DNA of 64,000 nucleotides, taken from the NCBI GenBank assembly GCA_001773215.1, contig MEWB01000001.1, forward strand, positions 69,964-133,963, read 5' to 3'. The notes under the pieces are model-generated. The model was not told the origin of the DNA. It saw only the letters and a list, made by a program, of their open reading frames with translations, and did no database searches. Origin of the DNA: a candidate division WWE3 bacterium RIFOXYC1_FULL_40_10 (GTDB taxonomy: Bacteria; Patescibacteriota; WWE3; UBA101185; UBA10185). Position 1 is the first letter of the stretch, and every line of letters begins with the position of its first letter. The translations under genes and the position numbers were made by a program. This document shows, in pieces, positions 1 through 9,709 of this stretch.

Positions 1-57
1 ATTGTGAGTCCTATGGAGTTTAATTCGATTAAAAAAGCACTTTCGGCGAGTTTATAA
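1..57 (+). CDS. 3' end of an upstream gene (partial), possibly RadA/Sms
   Basis: Open frame IVSPMEFNSIKKALSASL* ending TAA at 57. The radA guess rests only on the common radA-PIN/TRAM synteny. Confidence 0.3.
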   Translation: MVSPMEFNSIKKALSASL

Positions 58-72
58 GGTACAATTAGAAGC

Positions 73-1044
73 ATGGTCTCGAACAAGGAAAAACCAAAAT
101 TTAAACTGTCATTTTTTAGGGAGATTTCCGGGACAATTAGAGCCATTTCGTCACTCATTTTCCTAATTCTAGGTCTCACCCTCACACACGAAGTATTGTT
201 TGGTAATGGACCAATCATAGGTTTTAACACAGTATTGGAGTTAGTAATTGCCAGTGTGGTTGCAGGTTTTGGGTATTTCATTTTTCCCGATCTTTGTATA
301 GCAGTAAAAAACTGGATCGAAGATATTGTTTACAGTGCCGTTCAAGCAATCGTTTCAGACTTTTGGGAACAGCAAAGTAAGAAGATTACCGAAGTTAGAC
401 GTGAGAAACAGTTGAAGAAATCTCAAGAGGAAGCTGAAAAAAAAGTAAAAGACCTCCAAAACGGGGTCGTGCTTGATACCTCAGTTCTTATTGATGGGAG
501 AATATTAGATATAGCTAAAACAGGGTTCCTGGATAAAAACTACATCGTTCCCCAGTGTGTATTAGCGGAATTACACACACTTTCCGATAGTAAAGACAGC
601 ATCAAAAGGCAGAGAGGAAGAAGAGGCCTGGATGTAGCGAATAAGCTCAAAAAATACGGCCAAGTGACCACCATAGATGATGTGTCGAAAGTAGTAGGGG
701 ATGTAGACAAAAAAGTAACCATGTTAGCAAAGGATAAGGGCATTCCTCTAATGACTTTAGATTTCAATTTGAACAAGGTGGCCAGTATTTCCGGTGTGAA
801 GGTGCTTAATATCAATGAGCTGGTGGATGCTATTAAAACTGTTTTACTGCCCGGAGAGAACGTGATTGTTGAAATAGTTAATCAGGGGAAAACAAATAGT
901 CAGGGAATAGGTTATTTAGGGGATGGAACAATGATCGTGGTCGATGGTGCTAGAGATAAAGTAGGGCAGGAGGTAGCGGCAAAGGTTAAAAAAGTAATCC
1001 AGTCTAAAGCAGGCAGGATGATATTCTGCGAGATATCCCAATAA
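73..1044 (+). CDS. PIN/TRAM domain membrane protein (YacL-like)
   Basis: Two N-terminal TM helices; PIN motifs VLDTSVLIDGRI, RGRRGLD, TLDFNLNKVA; C-terminal TRAM (QGIGYLGDGTMIVVDGA). Confidence 0.92.
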   Translation: MVSNKEKPKFKLSFFREISGTIRAISSLIFLILGLTLTHEVLFGNGPIIGFNTVLELVIASVVAGFGYFIFPDLCIAVKNWIEDIVYSAVQAIVSDFWEQQSKKITEVRREKQLKKSQEEAEKKVKDLQNGVVLDTSVLIDGRILDIAKTGFLDKNYIVPQCVLAELHTLSDSKDSIKRQRGRRGLDVANKLKKYGQVTTIDDVSKVVGDVDKKVTMLAKDKGIPLMTLDFNLNKVASISGVKVLNINELVDAIKTVLLPGENVIVEIVNQGKTNSQGIGYLGDGTMIVVDGARDKVGQEVAAKVKKVIQSKAGRMIFCEISQ

Positions 1045-1065
1045 GTTAAATCTGTATAACTCTAT

Positions 1066-1315
1066 AAAAAGAAAAGACGCCCCGCGAGGGGCGACATAGA
1101 GGGCGGCGACCGCAGTTACGTCTTTTCTTGTCCTTTAGCAAGCTAAAGGCCCGGAAGCGAAATGCAGATAATAAAATCTGCAATAAGTCCATGCTTCAGA
1201 GCAGTCGAAACATGTTAGATACTAATTTAGATCTTTTCAAAATATTAACAAGCTATCACCATTGATAGTTTGAAGGTGTTTTATCGCAGTCAACGATAAA
1301 GAAGCCTTCTAAAAC
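1066..1315. ncRNA. Candidate structured non-coding RNA of unknown family; includes a terminator-like hairpin at ~1066-1095
   Basis: At least six hairpins: AAGAAAAGACG/CGTCTTTTCTT enclosing CGCCCC-GCGA-GGGGCG, CCTTTAGC/GCTAAAGG, TGCAGAT/ATCTGCA, CTATCA/TGATAG, GAAGG..TTTATCG/CGATAAA..CCTTC. Confidence 0.5.
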
Positions 1316-1340
1316 AATGTGCGTTAGTGCTTTATATGTA

Positions 1341-1370
1341 TTTACAGCAATATGGTTATATGGTTAAATT
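1341..1370 (+). promoter_or_regulatory. sigma70-type promoter with tandem ATATGGTT repeat in the spacer (putative RHH operator)
   Basis: TTTACA at 1341, TAAATT at 1365; ATATGGTT at 1350-1357 and 1358-1365. Confidence 0.55.
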
Positions 1371-1376
1371 AGCTAT

Positions 1377-1529
1377 ATGATAAAAAAAGAAAGTAGTAAG
1401 ATTAAAACGACTCTGCTGTTGGATAGAACTCTTAAAAAACTTGCCCAGCTGCACGCCTTGCAAAACGATAAAACCTTGCAAGAGGTTGTAGAGGAGGGGT
1501 TAAGGAAGGTTTTGGGGGTAGGGAAATAG
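1377..1529 (+). CDS. Small ribbon-helix-helix (CopG/Arc-like) DNA-binding protein, 50 aa, absent from the ORF track
   Basis: MIKKESSKIKTTLLLDRTLKKLAQLHALQNDKTLQEVVEEGLRKVLGVGK: alternating beta strand KTTLLLD, then helix, turn, TLQEVVEEGL helix. Confidence 0.8.
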   Translation: MIKKESSKIKTTLLLDRTLKKLAQLHALQNDKTLQEVVEEGLRKVLGVGK

Positions 1530-1560
1530 GCGCCACCTGGCTTTATTTGCCTTTAAGGAC

Positions 1561-1589
1561 TTGACGAAGAGCCTATAGGATGGTAGAAT
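1561..1589 (+). promoter_or_regulatory. sigma70 promoter
   Basis: TTGACG-17 bp-TAGAAT. Confidence 0.75.
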
Positions 1590-1652
1590 TGTCGCATATA
1601 AATAATCAACTGCGAGGCTCTGCGTCCCGCACTATTTCAAAAGGAGACAAAA

Positions 1653-1994
1653 GTGAACAACTTAGTTTTGGAAGCACAACGAAACAAAATCCTGGCTGAT
1701 GCTGATGCCCAACGGGCAAAAATTCGTCAGCAAGAGGCTGAGGAGTCTGTACTAGCCGAGTTGCACTATGACCTGGCTGAAAAACTCGAGCAGCTCAAAG
1801 ACCTGGTAGGGCAGATCCAGAGCTTGGATCCCACTTTCAAAAGCCCTCTACAGGTTTCTGCCCCAGCCGTTGATCTTTCGCCCTATGAACGGTCAATCGA
1901 CCATGCAAGTGATCAACTGACCGACCTGGTTCCGGTCATGTCCCTCCCACAGCAACAAGATTTCATTGCTTGGGACAATGCCCGCCCGGCCTAG
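1653..1994 (+). CDS. Hypothetical coiled-coil protein
   Basis: AAAGGAG Shine-Dalgarno before GTG; Q/E/A-rich helical sequence. Confidence 0.7.
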   Translation: MNNLVLEAQRNKILADADAQRAKIRQQEAEESVLAELHYDLAEKLEQLKDLVGQIQSLDPTFKSPLQVSAPAVDLSPYERSIDHASDQLTDLVPVMSLPQQQDFIAWDNARPA

Positions 1995-2177
1995 TTTCAG
2001 TCATCGTTGGGCCTGAGGAAGTATAGTAATTACTCTCTCAGGCCCGTAAGTTCAAGGATTTAACATTTTACATAGGTAGTGTTGAGCCTTTAAACTTACT
2101 TGGTGTAAGTCCAAGAAGAGCAATATTGAAAAAATAATTTGATTCTAGTCTAGTTTTTGAGAAAAAGGAGATAAACA

Positions 2178-3572
2178 ATGGCTGCAAAAGGTTCTGCGGC
2201 GCGAGTTGTTCGCAACGCTAATCAGAACGTACGTCCCCCTGTTGTTCAACAGCAGGCGGTAACTCACCCCGCTCCTGCCGCACCTCAAGGTGCTCGGCAG
2301 ACCAAGTGGTATCAGAAGCTGCCGAAAATCAAGACTACTCCTAGCGGCTCTGGATGCTGGGCTGCTCTGGCCGTCGCTCTAGGCTTTATGGTTCTAGCGG
2401 CAGTGGTTTTCTTTTTTGCCTTCTTCTCCAACCCCGGTAAAAGCAAAGTACCGGCACCGGTTATCGTGAAGACGCAACCGGTTGAGGTTGAGAAGGAAGT
2501 GGTCAAAGTCGGTGAAGGTGAGGAAGATTCGCAGCCAGAATTGGCTGTGGAAGTTGCTTCCTTGACAGGCCAAGCGAAATACGATGCCATCATGAACAAG
2601 TTCGAACGAGTTGATGGTGGTCAGAATCCTCGTGGTTCTAACCTGAACGATGGTTATGAAATCACGATTGGCGCCGGCATGACTGAGATGGTATTTGGGC
2701 ATGGTGTGTTTTCTTTGGCTGATACCGAAATTGAGGCCAAGCAATTCACAGACGCCGAAAATGGCGTTTATGTGGAGAACATTACCGTTATCCACAATGC
2801 CACCGATTCAGAAGTTGTGTACGTGTTGACACGCGAAACAGCGACTGGACTTTCCTATCATCTTCTGAAGGAAGGGGAATCCCTAACTGAGGAGGACGAG
2901 GAATACTTAGCCCGCTGGCCTGTTGGCAGAGCGCCACACTGTGGAATGACGAATCCACCTGGGTGTTCTTTTGTTGTTCTGGGGCACATTCAGATCATTG
3001 AGGAAGGCCGCCTTAAATCGAGCGACTTGCCTACAGGTAAGAAATTCGAGAAACCAATCGATGCAGGTACAGGTGCTATGGCCAGTATCCAGCTTCTGCC
3101 GAAGGCCGAAACTGGTTGGGATAAAGTTTCTGGTAAAGAAGCATACGCCACAGAATACAGAAAGTTGGCACAGCCAGCCGAGGAGTGGCCAGTTGCAGGA
3201 TCTTTGGATCCCATCACGATTGGTGTCACAAAGGATGCTCCTCATTTGGTAGCTACATGGGGTGTAGTTTCGCTTGAGGGCGTGGAAGTAGGTTCGTTGC
3301 CATCGGAGAAGGGTCACTATGTGGCATTTCTTCTGGTAAACGATACCGAAAATACGGTCACATTCCAAGTGACGAAATTCGCAGGGTCGGGATTTCTTCA
3401 CTACGAGTATGGCTATGGTCAAAAACCTAATCCAGATTTTTGGGCGCGGTATCAGATCAATAGGCTTACCTGGGGTGCTGAGTTGGTTTCAAAAGGTACT
3501 GTTTTGATCATCCGCCTTACGGCGACTGGTATTGAAACGGAGACCTTGGAGTTTACTACGGGCTTGCCCTAA
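2178..3572 (+). CDS. Hypothetical single-pass membrane protein with two repeated extracellular domains
   Basis: AAAGGAG SD; basic P/Q-rich N-terminus, TM at ~aa 62-84, acidic ectodomain with internal repeat ITIG..(H/W)GV.SL...E(I/V). Confidence 0.8.
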   Translation: MAAKGSAARVVRNANQNVRPPVVQQQAVTHPAPAAPQGARQTKWYQKLPKIKTTPSGSGCWAALAVALGFMVLAAVVFFFAFFSNPGKSKVPAPVIVKTQPVEVEKEVVKVGEGEEDSQPELAVEVASLTGQAKYDAIMNKFERVDGGQNPRGSNLNDGYEITIGAGMTEMVFGHGVFSLADTEIEAKQFTDAENGVYVENITVIHNATDSEVVYVLTRETATGLSYHLLKEGESLTEEDEEYLARWPVGRAPHCGMTNPPGCSFVVLGHIQIIEEGRLKSSDLPTGKKFEKPIDAGTGAMASIQLLPKAETGWDKVSGKEAYATEYRKLAQPAEEWPVAGSLDPITIGVTKDAPHLVATWGVVSLEGVEVGSLPSEKGHYVAFLLVNDTENTVTFQVTKFAGSGFLHYEYGYGQKPNPDFWARYQINRLTWGAELVSKGTVLIIRLTATGIETETLEFTTGLP

Positions 3573-3593
3573 AGACTCCTGAACATGTTCGCT

Positions 3594-3640
3594 GAGCGGC
3601 ACAAAAAGTTTACCAAAACTTGAGTGCCGCTTTTTCTTTT
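3594..3640 (+). terminator. Intrinsic terminator
   Basis: AGCGGCAC...GTGCCGCT followed by TTTTCTTTTT. Confidence 0.65.
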
Positions 3641-3674
3641 TCTCCCCTCAAGTATCTGCTATCATTTAATCCAG

Positions 3675-5954
3675 ATGACAAACATAAGGAAATTATTATT
3701 TTCTAAATACGCTTGGCTGGTTTTGTTATTGTGTGTTTTCCACGTAACAATTAACATAGTATGGCATAGATTGAATACAGCACCGCCTACTTGGGATAGT
3801 GCAGGTCATCTAACTTTGTCATTTATACTTAAGGACAGATTTACTTATCTATTTAAAGGTGAGCTATCTCCTGTAGTTATCCTTCAGACTTCTTCATACT
3901 ACCCGCCTTTGATTCATATTCTCGGGTCTGGGGTTATTGCAATTTTCGGCAGACACTATGAGTATCCTATACTTTTAGGAACTGCATTTTTTATAATGGC
4001 AATAATCTACCTATTCAAACTTGTTAATCACTATTTTAAAGACGATAAGTTAGCTTTCTTCACAGTTTTAATATTTTCGTTTTTCCCTCAAATTTGGGAG
4101 CAGAGTAGGCATTTCCATTTAGATATCCCATTGCTTGCCTTTTTGCTGGCTTCTTTTTATCACCTTACAAATTCAGATGTGCTTAAAAAGCCTGGTCACA
4201 CATTGGCATTCTTTTTGTACTTTTCCTTAGCTCAGCTAACAAAGTGGTATGGATTCGTCTATTTAGTAGTTCCCTTCGTTTTTGAGGTTGTGATCAGACT
4301 AGTAAGAACTAAAGATTACTTTAATGTACAAAGGATTGTGAATATTGCATTTGGTGTTTTAATGGTTGTAGTTGTAGCTTTTCCTTGGTATGTGATCAAT
4401 TATAAAACCATACTTGAAACAACTCGTATTTCTTCTACAGCGGACGCAGGAGATCCGGCTTTGGTGTTAAGTTATGAAAGTTTTATACATTATCTCAAAA
4501 TAATGACAAGCCACCAGATAGGCATCCTTTCTGTATTGCTTTTTCTATTGTCACTAAAATATATTAAGAGAGATAAGGACCTCTTTCTATATGTGTGGTA
4601 TTTGTTTCTACTGCCCTACATAACTTTCACTCTAATTCAAAACAAGGATCTTCGGTACATTTTGCCACTGGTCCCGCTTTTTGCCTTTTGTATAGCGTAT
4701 ATGTTTCTTCATTTGTCAAAAAAATTGTATGTGTTTTTAGGTTTAGGATTTTTCTTATTGTATCTTGTGGTTCTGTATGTGTTTTTGGGTTTTAATCAAT
4801 TTCAGAAGTTGGAAGGCAATTATAAAATATTCGGGACCCTCTTTGCCGGTCCATATAGAGATGCCTGGATAACCAGTCCCTGGGATTACTCCTACAATCC
4901 GACAAATTGGAGAGGGGAAGAGATAATAAAGCGAATACAGAGCTTGGCCGATGATGAGGGATTAAGTTACGATCACTATAAAGTGCTAGAGGTATCAGAT
5001 AACAGATTCTACTCAATTGCCTCTTTTGATTTGTATAAGGTGCAGAACTCTTTTCATAATTTAGATCTTGTGGTGCCTTATTTTAGATTTGATCCCTTCA
5101 CGACTGAGGAATTATCCGATTACTTAGTTCCAATACAATTTGCAGTTGTGCCTTCTTATCCAGGGCCTCCCGGTTTAAGAAATATAGCAGTGTTAAATCA
5201 GCTAGTATCATACTTTAACTCTGATCAAAATAAAGACTTTATTAAACTTGAAGACTTTAGTATGCCTGATGGAAACGTTCTTAGTTTGTACCAAAGACGT
5301 ACTTCTGATATCAGTGTGGAAGGCGAACCACCTTCTGATAGTCTGATCTTAAAAATTAATAACATATTAGTTATTGATAGAGAAGGACTGGGGGGAGACA
5401 GTTTCGATGTTGAACTTTATTCAGACGCTGGAGAAGTAGAAAAAATTCATTTTGGGCCAGAAGGAAGTGCTCAAAAACGAATAGCATTATCTGGCATAAA
5501 GGAAATTAAAATATTACTTCCCCCAGATAAAATTTTCGTAGCATATTCATACGGATGGAGGAAGCAGGGTAGTTCAATATATAGGACTTTTGATAGGGCC
5601 AAAAATATTTCTAGCTTTGCCTTACTAAATTCAAAACTGATTTCTGTTGCCAGTGTTCCAAGCGGTGTGCCAAATTTTCCTTTAAATATTGCCTATAAAG
5701 ACACTACTATTGATATCGAGTTAAAAGATACATCTCAATCTTCGTATGTAGCATGGGCTAGCGAAGGCTGGGTGTGGAGTGGGGTAGAGTTAAATAATTT
5801 AAAGACAAAGATTTCCATTCCTATGGAAGGACTTATTCAATTGGAAACCACCAGCCCCGGACAGAAAATTGAGGGGTTTCCTGAGAATTGGGGGATCTTC
5901 CCTTGTTACAGTGGAAAAGCTGTCTGCATGGTTCCTTTGATTGAGGATCTATAA
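3675..5954 (+). CDS. GT-C fold glycosyltransferase (ArnT/PMT, GT39/83-like) with C-terminal extracellular domain
   Basis: PPTWDSAGH loop, YYPPL, ~12 TM helices, LTKW, NKDLRYILP; start moved to MTNIRK, which follows a -10-like box. Confidence 0.85.
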   Translation: MTNIRKLLFSKYAWLVLLLCVFHVTINIVWHRLNTAPPTWDSAGHLTLSFILKDRFTYLFKGELSPVVILQTSSYYPPLIHILGSGVIAIFGRHYEYPILLGTAFFIMAIIYLFKLVNHYFKDDKLAFFTVLIFSFFPQIWEQSRHFHLDIPLLAFLLASFYHLTNSDVLKKPGHTLAFFLYFSLAQLTKWYGFVYLVVPFVFEVVIRLVRTKDYFNVQRIVNIAFGVLMVVVVAFPWYVINYKTILETTRISSTADAGDPALVLSYESFIHYLKIMTSHQIGILSVLLFLLSLKYIKRDKDLFLYVWYLFLLPYITFTLIQNKDLRYILPLVPLFAFCIAYMFLHLSKKLYVFLGLGFFLLYLVVLYVFLGFNQFQKLEGNYKIFGTLFAGPYRDAWITSPWDYSYNPTNWRGEEIIKRIQSLADDEGLSYDHYKVLEVSDNRFYSIASFDLYKVQNSFHNLDLVVPYFRFDPFTTEELSDYLVPIQFAVVPSYPGPPGLRNIAVLNQLVSYFNSDQNKDFIKLEDFSMPDGNVLSLYQRRTSDISVEGEPPSDSLILKINNILVIDREGLGGDSFDVELYSDAGEVEKIHFGPEGSAQKRIALSGIKEIKILLPPDKIFVAYSYGWRKQGSSIYRTFDRAKNISSFALLNSKLISVASVPSGVPNFPLNIAYKDTTIDIELKDTSQSSYVAWASEGWVWSGVELNNLKTKISIPMEGLIQLETTSPGQKIEGFPENWGIFPCYSGKAVCMVPLIEDL

Positions 5955-5976
5955 GTAAGTTATACTTTACATCATT

Positions 5977-8900
5977 ATGCTACCCAGTATTAAAGCTAAA
6001 GTTTTGAAAAGCGTGTTTCCAGCCATTCTAGTACTAGTAACTCTAATTGTTTGTAAGCAGAATTATACTCGAGATACATATCTAACAGGCTGGGATACGT
6101 TGCATCCTGAATTTAACTTTAAGCTTTACTGGTCCAGAATAATAGACGGTGTTTGGCAAGAACACCAAGGGTTAGGTGCTGTTGCATCTCAAGCACATGC
6201 TTCCGAAATTCCAAGAATAATAATTCTGCAGGTGTTTGATTTTTTCCTTCCAACGAATCAACTCCGCTATGCTTACGCGTTTTTGATGTTAGTTTTGGGG
6301 CCTTTGGGTGTGTATGCTTTCTTGTATTTTTGTCTACTTGATAGGAAAAGTACTCTCCCCAGGGCAATGGGAGCCTTTTTAGGAGGTCTTTTTTATTTAT
6401 TTAACTTAGGAACCGTGCAACATTTTTATGTACCACTGGAGATGTTTCTAACCCATTATGGTTTCCTAGGTTGGGTTTTTTTGTCGGCTTCTCTGTATTT
6501 TCAAACAGGTAGAAAAAAACATTTGGTATTATTTCTGCTGTTTTCTATATTTATTATTCCTCAAGCTCATACATCTACCTTGTTTTATTCTTATATCTTG
6601 CTTCTAACTGCCTATCTTGGAGTATTTGGGATAAGTTCTGTTCGTGATAAAGGTATTAAAGTGTCTTTATCTAGATTTGGAATTATTATTCTCTATACAT
6701 TATCGCTAAATTCTTTCTGGCTCTTTCCGAATTTATATTTTGCGGTTAATCATGGAAGGGAGATACAGCAATCCAAAATACACATGCTATTTTCTGAAGA
6801 AGCTTTCCTACAGAACAAGGCCTATGGAAACATAAACGACGTGGCTATAGTTAAAAATTTCTTATTCAATTGGGGTGAATATGTTGGATCCAACCAGTTC
6901 GGGGAATTGCTGGGCGAGTGGAGAACTCACCTTTTACAGAAACATGTTGTAAATATAGGATATGCTCTCTTCATTTTCGTACTACTGGGAGGTATTTTGG
7001 GATCAATAAAGAAAGATACAAAGATAATAGGTCTCTTGGTAGGTGTACTAATGTTATCAGTGTTTTTTCTACTCAATGTAAATCCTCCTTTGGGATTTTT
7101 GTTTAAGTGGATGCAAAGTAATATTCCTTTGTTTAAGGAAGCTTTTAGATTTCCATTTACCAAATTCTCAATAGGTCTTATTTTGGCATACAGCTGTCTA
7201 TTTGGATACTTATTAGGAAATATTTATTCTTCACTTGAGAAATTTTGGACAGGAAGATTCGTTATTTATTTAATAATGTCTTTGTTTATCACTCTGACTT
7301 TCTCCGGAGCCATTGTATATTATGCATTTCCTTTAATAAAAGGCAATTTAATTAGCTCTTCCATGCGGGTATCCATTCCTTCCAGATACTTTAATATGTT
7401 TGATTTTTTCAGCCAACAAAAGCTCTACGGAAGAGTTGCTGATTTTCCAATACATAGCTTCTGGGGATGGACTTATCATTCCTGGGACTCTAGGGGATTG
7501 GGATATCAAGGGGCAGGGTTTTTGTGGTTTGGTATTAAGCAACCTTTGTTAAATAGGGAGTTTGATAGATGGAACATTATTAACGAAAATTATTATCGAG
7601 AGATGACCAAGGCAGTCTATTCCGAGGATGCAGCTGCTTTTGAAAAGGTGTTGAATAAGTATGATATCAGGTGGCTATTAGTTGATGATAGTATCATTGC
7701 TCCTGGGGTAGATCCCAAAGTTTTATTCAAAGAAGAATTGCAAAGTATTATTTCTAGTATGAGTAGTATCCGTATGGCCCAAGACTTTGGCCAAGGGCTA
7801 AAAGTTTATGAATATACACCGACCAAAAATTTTTCCTTAGTGTCTGAAACTAAAGAATACTATATTTCAAATTACAGTACGTATAAAGAGTTTACAGACC
7901 CCGTATACGAGAATTATGGTGATTATGTAAGTATCGCAGAGAATAATTACCCAGGCATTGGAATAACTAACTCGGATGAGAGTGTGTTTGATGGTTTGAT
8001 TGAAGATAAAGAGGATAAATATGTACTTAATTTCGGAAAGCCCGATGATAGCTTGTATTATAAGTATTTTACTATTTACGGGAGGAGAGAACTTAATACT
8101 TTGGTACTAGATATAACCAGGCCTGATGGTGATCCGCGAAGTGTGCTTGAGAGTAGGAAAGTAACATTGGTGGTGGACAAGCATCCAATTCTTAAAGTAA
8201 ATGGTTCGGCGGTTGGAATAAGTGATATGACTAAAGATGAAAAATTGTTAGAAGGTGTTGAGATGAGGAAGAATGAGACACTAAATTTTGATATTCAATA
8301 CGCAGAGTTGAAGTCCATTTCTATTAATGACTCCCATAAGGTGCTCGAATCATGTAGCGATTATAGAGGAGCGGCTGCTTATGCAATTCGCTACGAAACT
8401 AACGGGTTTTCATTGGTAGGAAGAAATGTCGATGCATGCGTAACTGCACCACTGCGACAATATATACCAGAGTATGCCAAAGATGTTGTGCTTACTTATA
8501 AAGTTGCAAGTAGTGGGTCAACAGGTATGGTGTGCGTTTTTAATTCCATTTCTGGTCTTTGTGAAGGTCAAAATTTGTCGGATGGTTCGTATTTCGTAAA
8601 AATAAGTGGGGATCCTGATGATTACTACTTGCGATTTATATCTAATACCCTCACTTCAAGTTCTGAGGAAAGTGTAAGGTTTTTCGATATCCAGATAGGG
8701 GAATCGACTCTGGATTCAAGCTTTATTATTAATCCACTACTTAGTACAGGGTCTTCTTTTGTGGTAGTACCTAAAAATGAGGACAAGGAACTGGCGGATT
8801 TTGTAAGTAGCCCTCGTATTTGTAATTCGGGAAGTACTAGCTTTGAGAACTCGACAGTTCAGAAGCACCCAGATGGAACTATCACTTACGATTCTACTAA

Positions 8901-9483
8901 TGAGTCGGTATGTGATTCTTTCCATTTTCCAGCCATCTCACATAAAAGTGGTGCACTTCTTGAGATTGAGAGCCGCAATATCTCCGGGATGCCTCTTAGA
9001 GTTTGTGTAACCAATGAAATTACAAAGAGGTGCGATTTATATGTTTCTCTAGGAGAATCTTCTCAATATAAGAAAAAATTTTATATTATCCCTCCGCTTG
9101 ATGAAGGTACCGGTTATACCGTGAATATTAGTAATCTGACATTTGGAAATACTAGAGCTGTTAATGAGTTGAAGTATATAAATATGACAGAACTCCCTTA
9201 CAATTATATTAAGAATATGGGAACTAGCCCGGATAAAGGCACAGGTACCCTAATAGAGTATAGTGAGGCCTATGAACCAGGATGGGTGGCAGTGTGCGGA
9301 TGGAGACTATGCCCGGCAGAACATGTCAAGGTAAATAATTGGTCGAATGGGTGGGTTTTTGAGGGAACGGTTGATTTGAGTAAGATACGAATGTATTTTT
9401 GGCCTCAAGCTCTTGAATATTTAGGTTTCATCTTATCAGGACTCAGTATTGCTAGCCTCTTAAATAGGAAGAAAAAAAAGTAG
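5977..9483 (+). CDS. Large polytopic GT-C-like membrane protein (YfhO/AftD-like) with Cys-containing carbohydrate-binding-like ectodomain
   Basis: GWDTLHPEFN, many TMs, FRFPFTKF, C-terminal YSEAYEPGW..HVKVNNWSNGW plus final TM. Confidence 0.7.
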   Translation: MLPSIKAKVLKSVFPAILVLVTLIVCKQNYTRDTYLTGWDTLHPEFNFKLYWSRIIDGVWQEHQGLGAVASQAHASEIPRIIILQVFDFFLPTNQLRYAYAFLMLVLGPLGVYAFLYFCLLDRKSTLPRAMGAFLGGLFYLFNLGTVQHFYVPLEMFLTHYGFLGWVFLSASLYFQTGRKKHLVLFLLFSIFIIPQAHTSTLFYSYILLLTAYLGVFGISSVRDKGIKVSLSRFGIIILYTLSLNSFWLFPNLYFAVNHGREIQQSKIHMLFSEEAFLQNKAYGNINDVAIVKNFLFNWGEYVGSNQFGELLGEWRTHLLQKHVVNIGYALFIFVLLGGILGSIKKDTKIIGLLVGVLMLSVFFLLNVNPPLGFLFKWMQSNIPLFKEAFRFPFTKFSIGLILAYSCLFGYLLGNIYSSLEKFWTGRFVIYLIMSLFITLTFSGAIVYYAFPLIKGNLISSSMRVSIPSRYFNMFDFFSQQKLYGRVADFPIHSFWGWTYHSWDSRGLGYQGAGFLWFGIKQPLLNREFDRWNIINENYYREMTKAVYSEDAAAFEKVLNKYDIRWLLVDDSIIAPGVDPKVLFKEELQSIISSMSSIRMAQDFGQGLKVYEYTPTKNFSLVSETKEYYISNYSTYKEFTDPVYENYGDYVSIAENNYPGIGITNSDESVFDGLIEDKEDKYVLNFGKPDDSLYYKYFTIYGRRELNTLVLDITRPDGDPRSVLESRKVTLVVDKHPILKVNGSAVGISDMTKDEKLLEGVEMRKNETLNFDIQYAELKSISINDSHKVLESCSDYRGAAAYAIRYETNGFSLVGRNVDACVTAPLRQYIPEYAKDVVLTYKVASSGSTGMVCVFNSISGLCEGQNLSDGSYFVKISGDPDDYYLRFISNTLTSSSEESVRFFDIQIGESTLDSSFIINPLLSTGSSFVVVPKNEDKELADFVSSPRICNSGSTSFENSTVQKHPDGTITYDSTNESVCDSFHFPAISHKSGALLEIESRNISGMPLRVCVTNEITKRCDLYVSLGESSQYKKKFYIIPPLDEGTGYTVNISNLTFGNTRAVNELKYINMTELPYNYIKNMGTSPDKGTGTLIEYSEAYEPGWVAVCGWRLCPAEHVKVNNWSNGWVFEGTVDLSKIRMYFWPQALEYLGFILSGLSIASLLNRKKKK

Positions 9484-9511
9484 CTTCCGGGGCTTATTAG
9501 ACCCATAGGGC

Positions 9512-9540
9512 TTGACAACGGTCCCCAAATACCCTATAAT
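9512..9540 (+). promoter_or_regulatory. Consensus sigma70 promoter
   Basis: TTGACA-17 bp-TATAAT, perfect consensus. Confidence 0.85.
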
Positions 9541-9709
9541 ATAGCTATTAAAAGGCTTCGTATAGGCCTTTTTATGATATATAGTGAAAAAAGTCCACCA
9601 GGCTTATTTCCTTATATGACGCCCTTTGTGGCGTGGTAATAAATTGAATACTGTCACATGCAGGTATGCCCATTTAGTGGTTCACACCACGGTAATTGAG
9701 CTTTCTTGT

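Noticed and set aside
1163-1222. Resemblance to RNase P RNA (TGCAGAT..ATCTGCA then AAGTCCATGC) or a hammerhead (CGAAAC)
   Set aside because: The GAGGAAAGUCC core and P4 partner are missing, and there is no CUGANGA.
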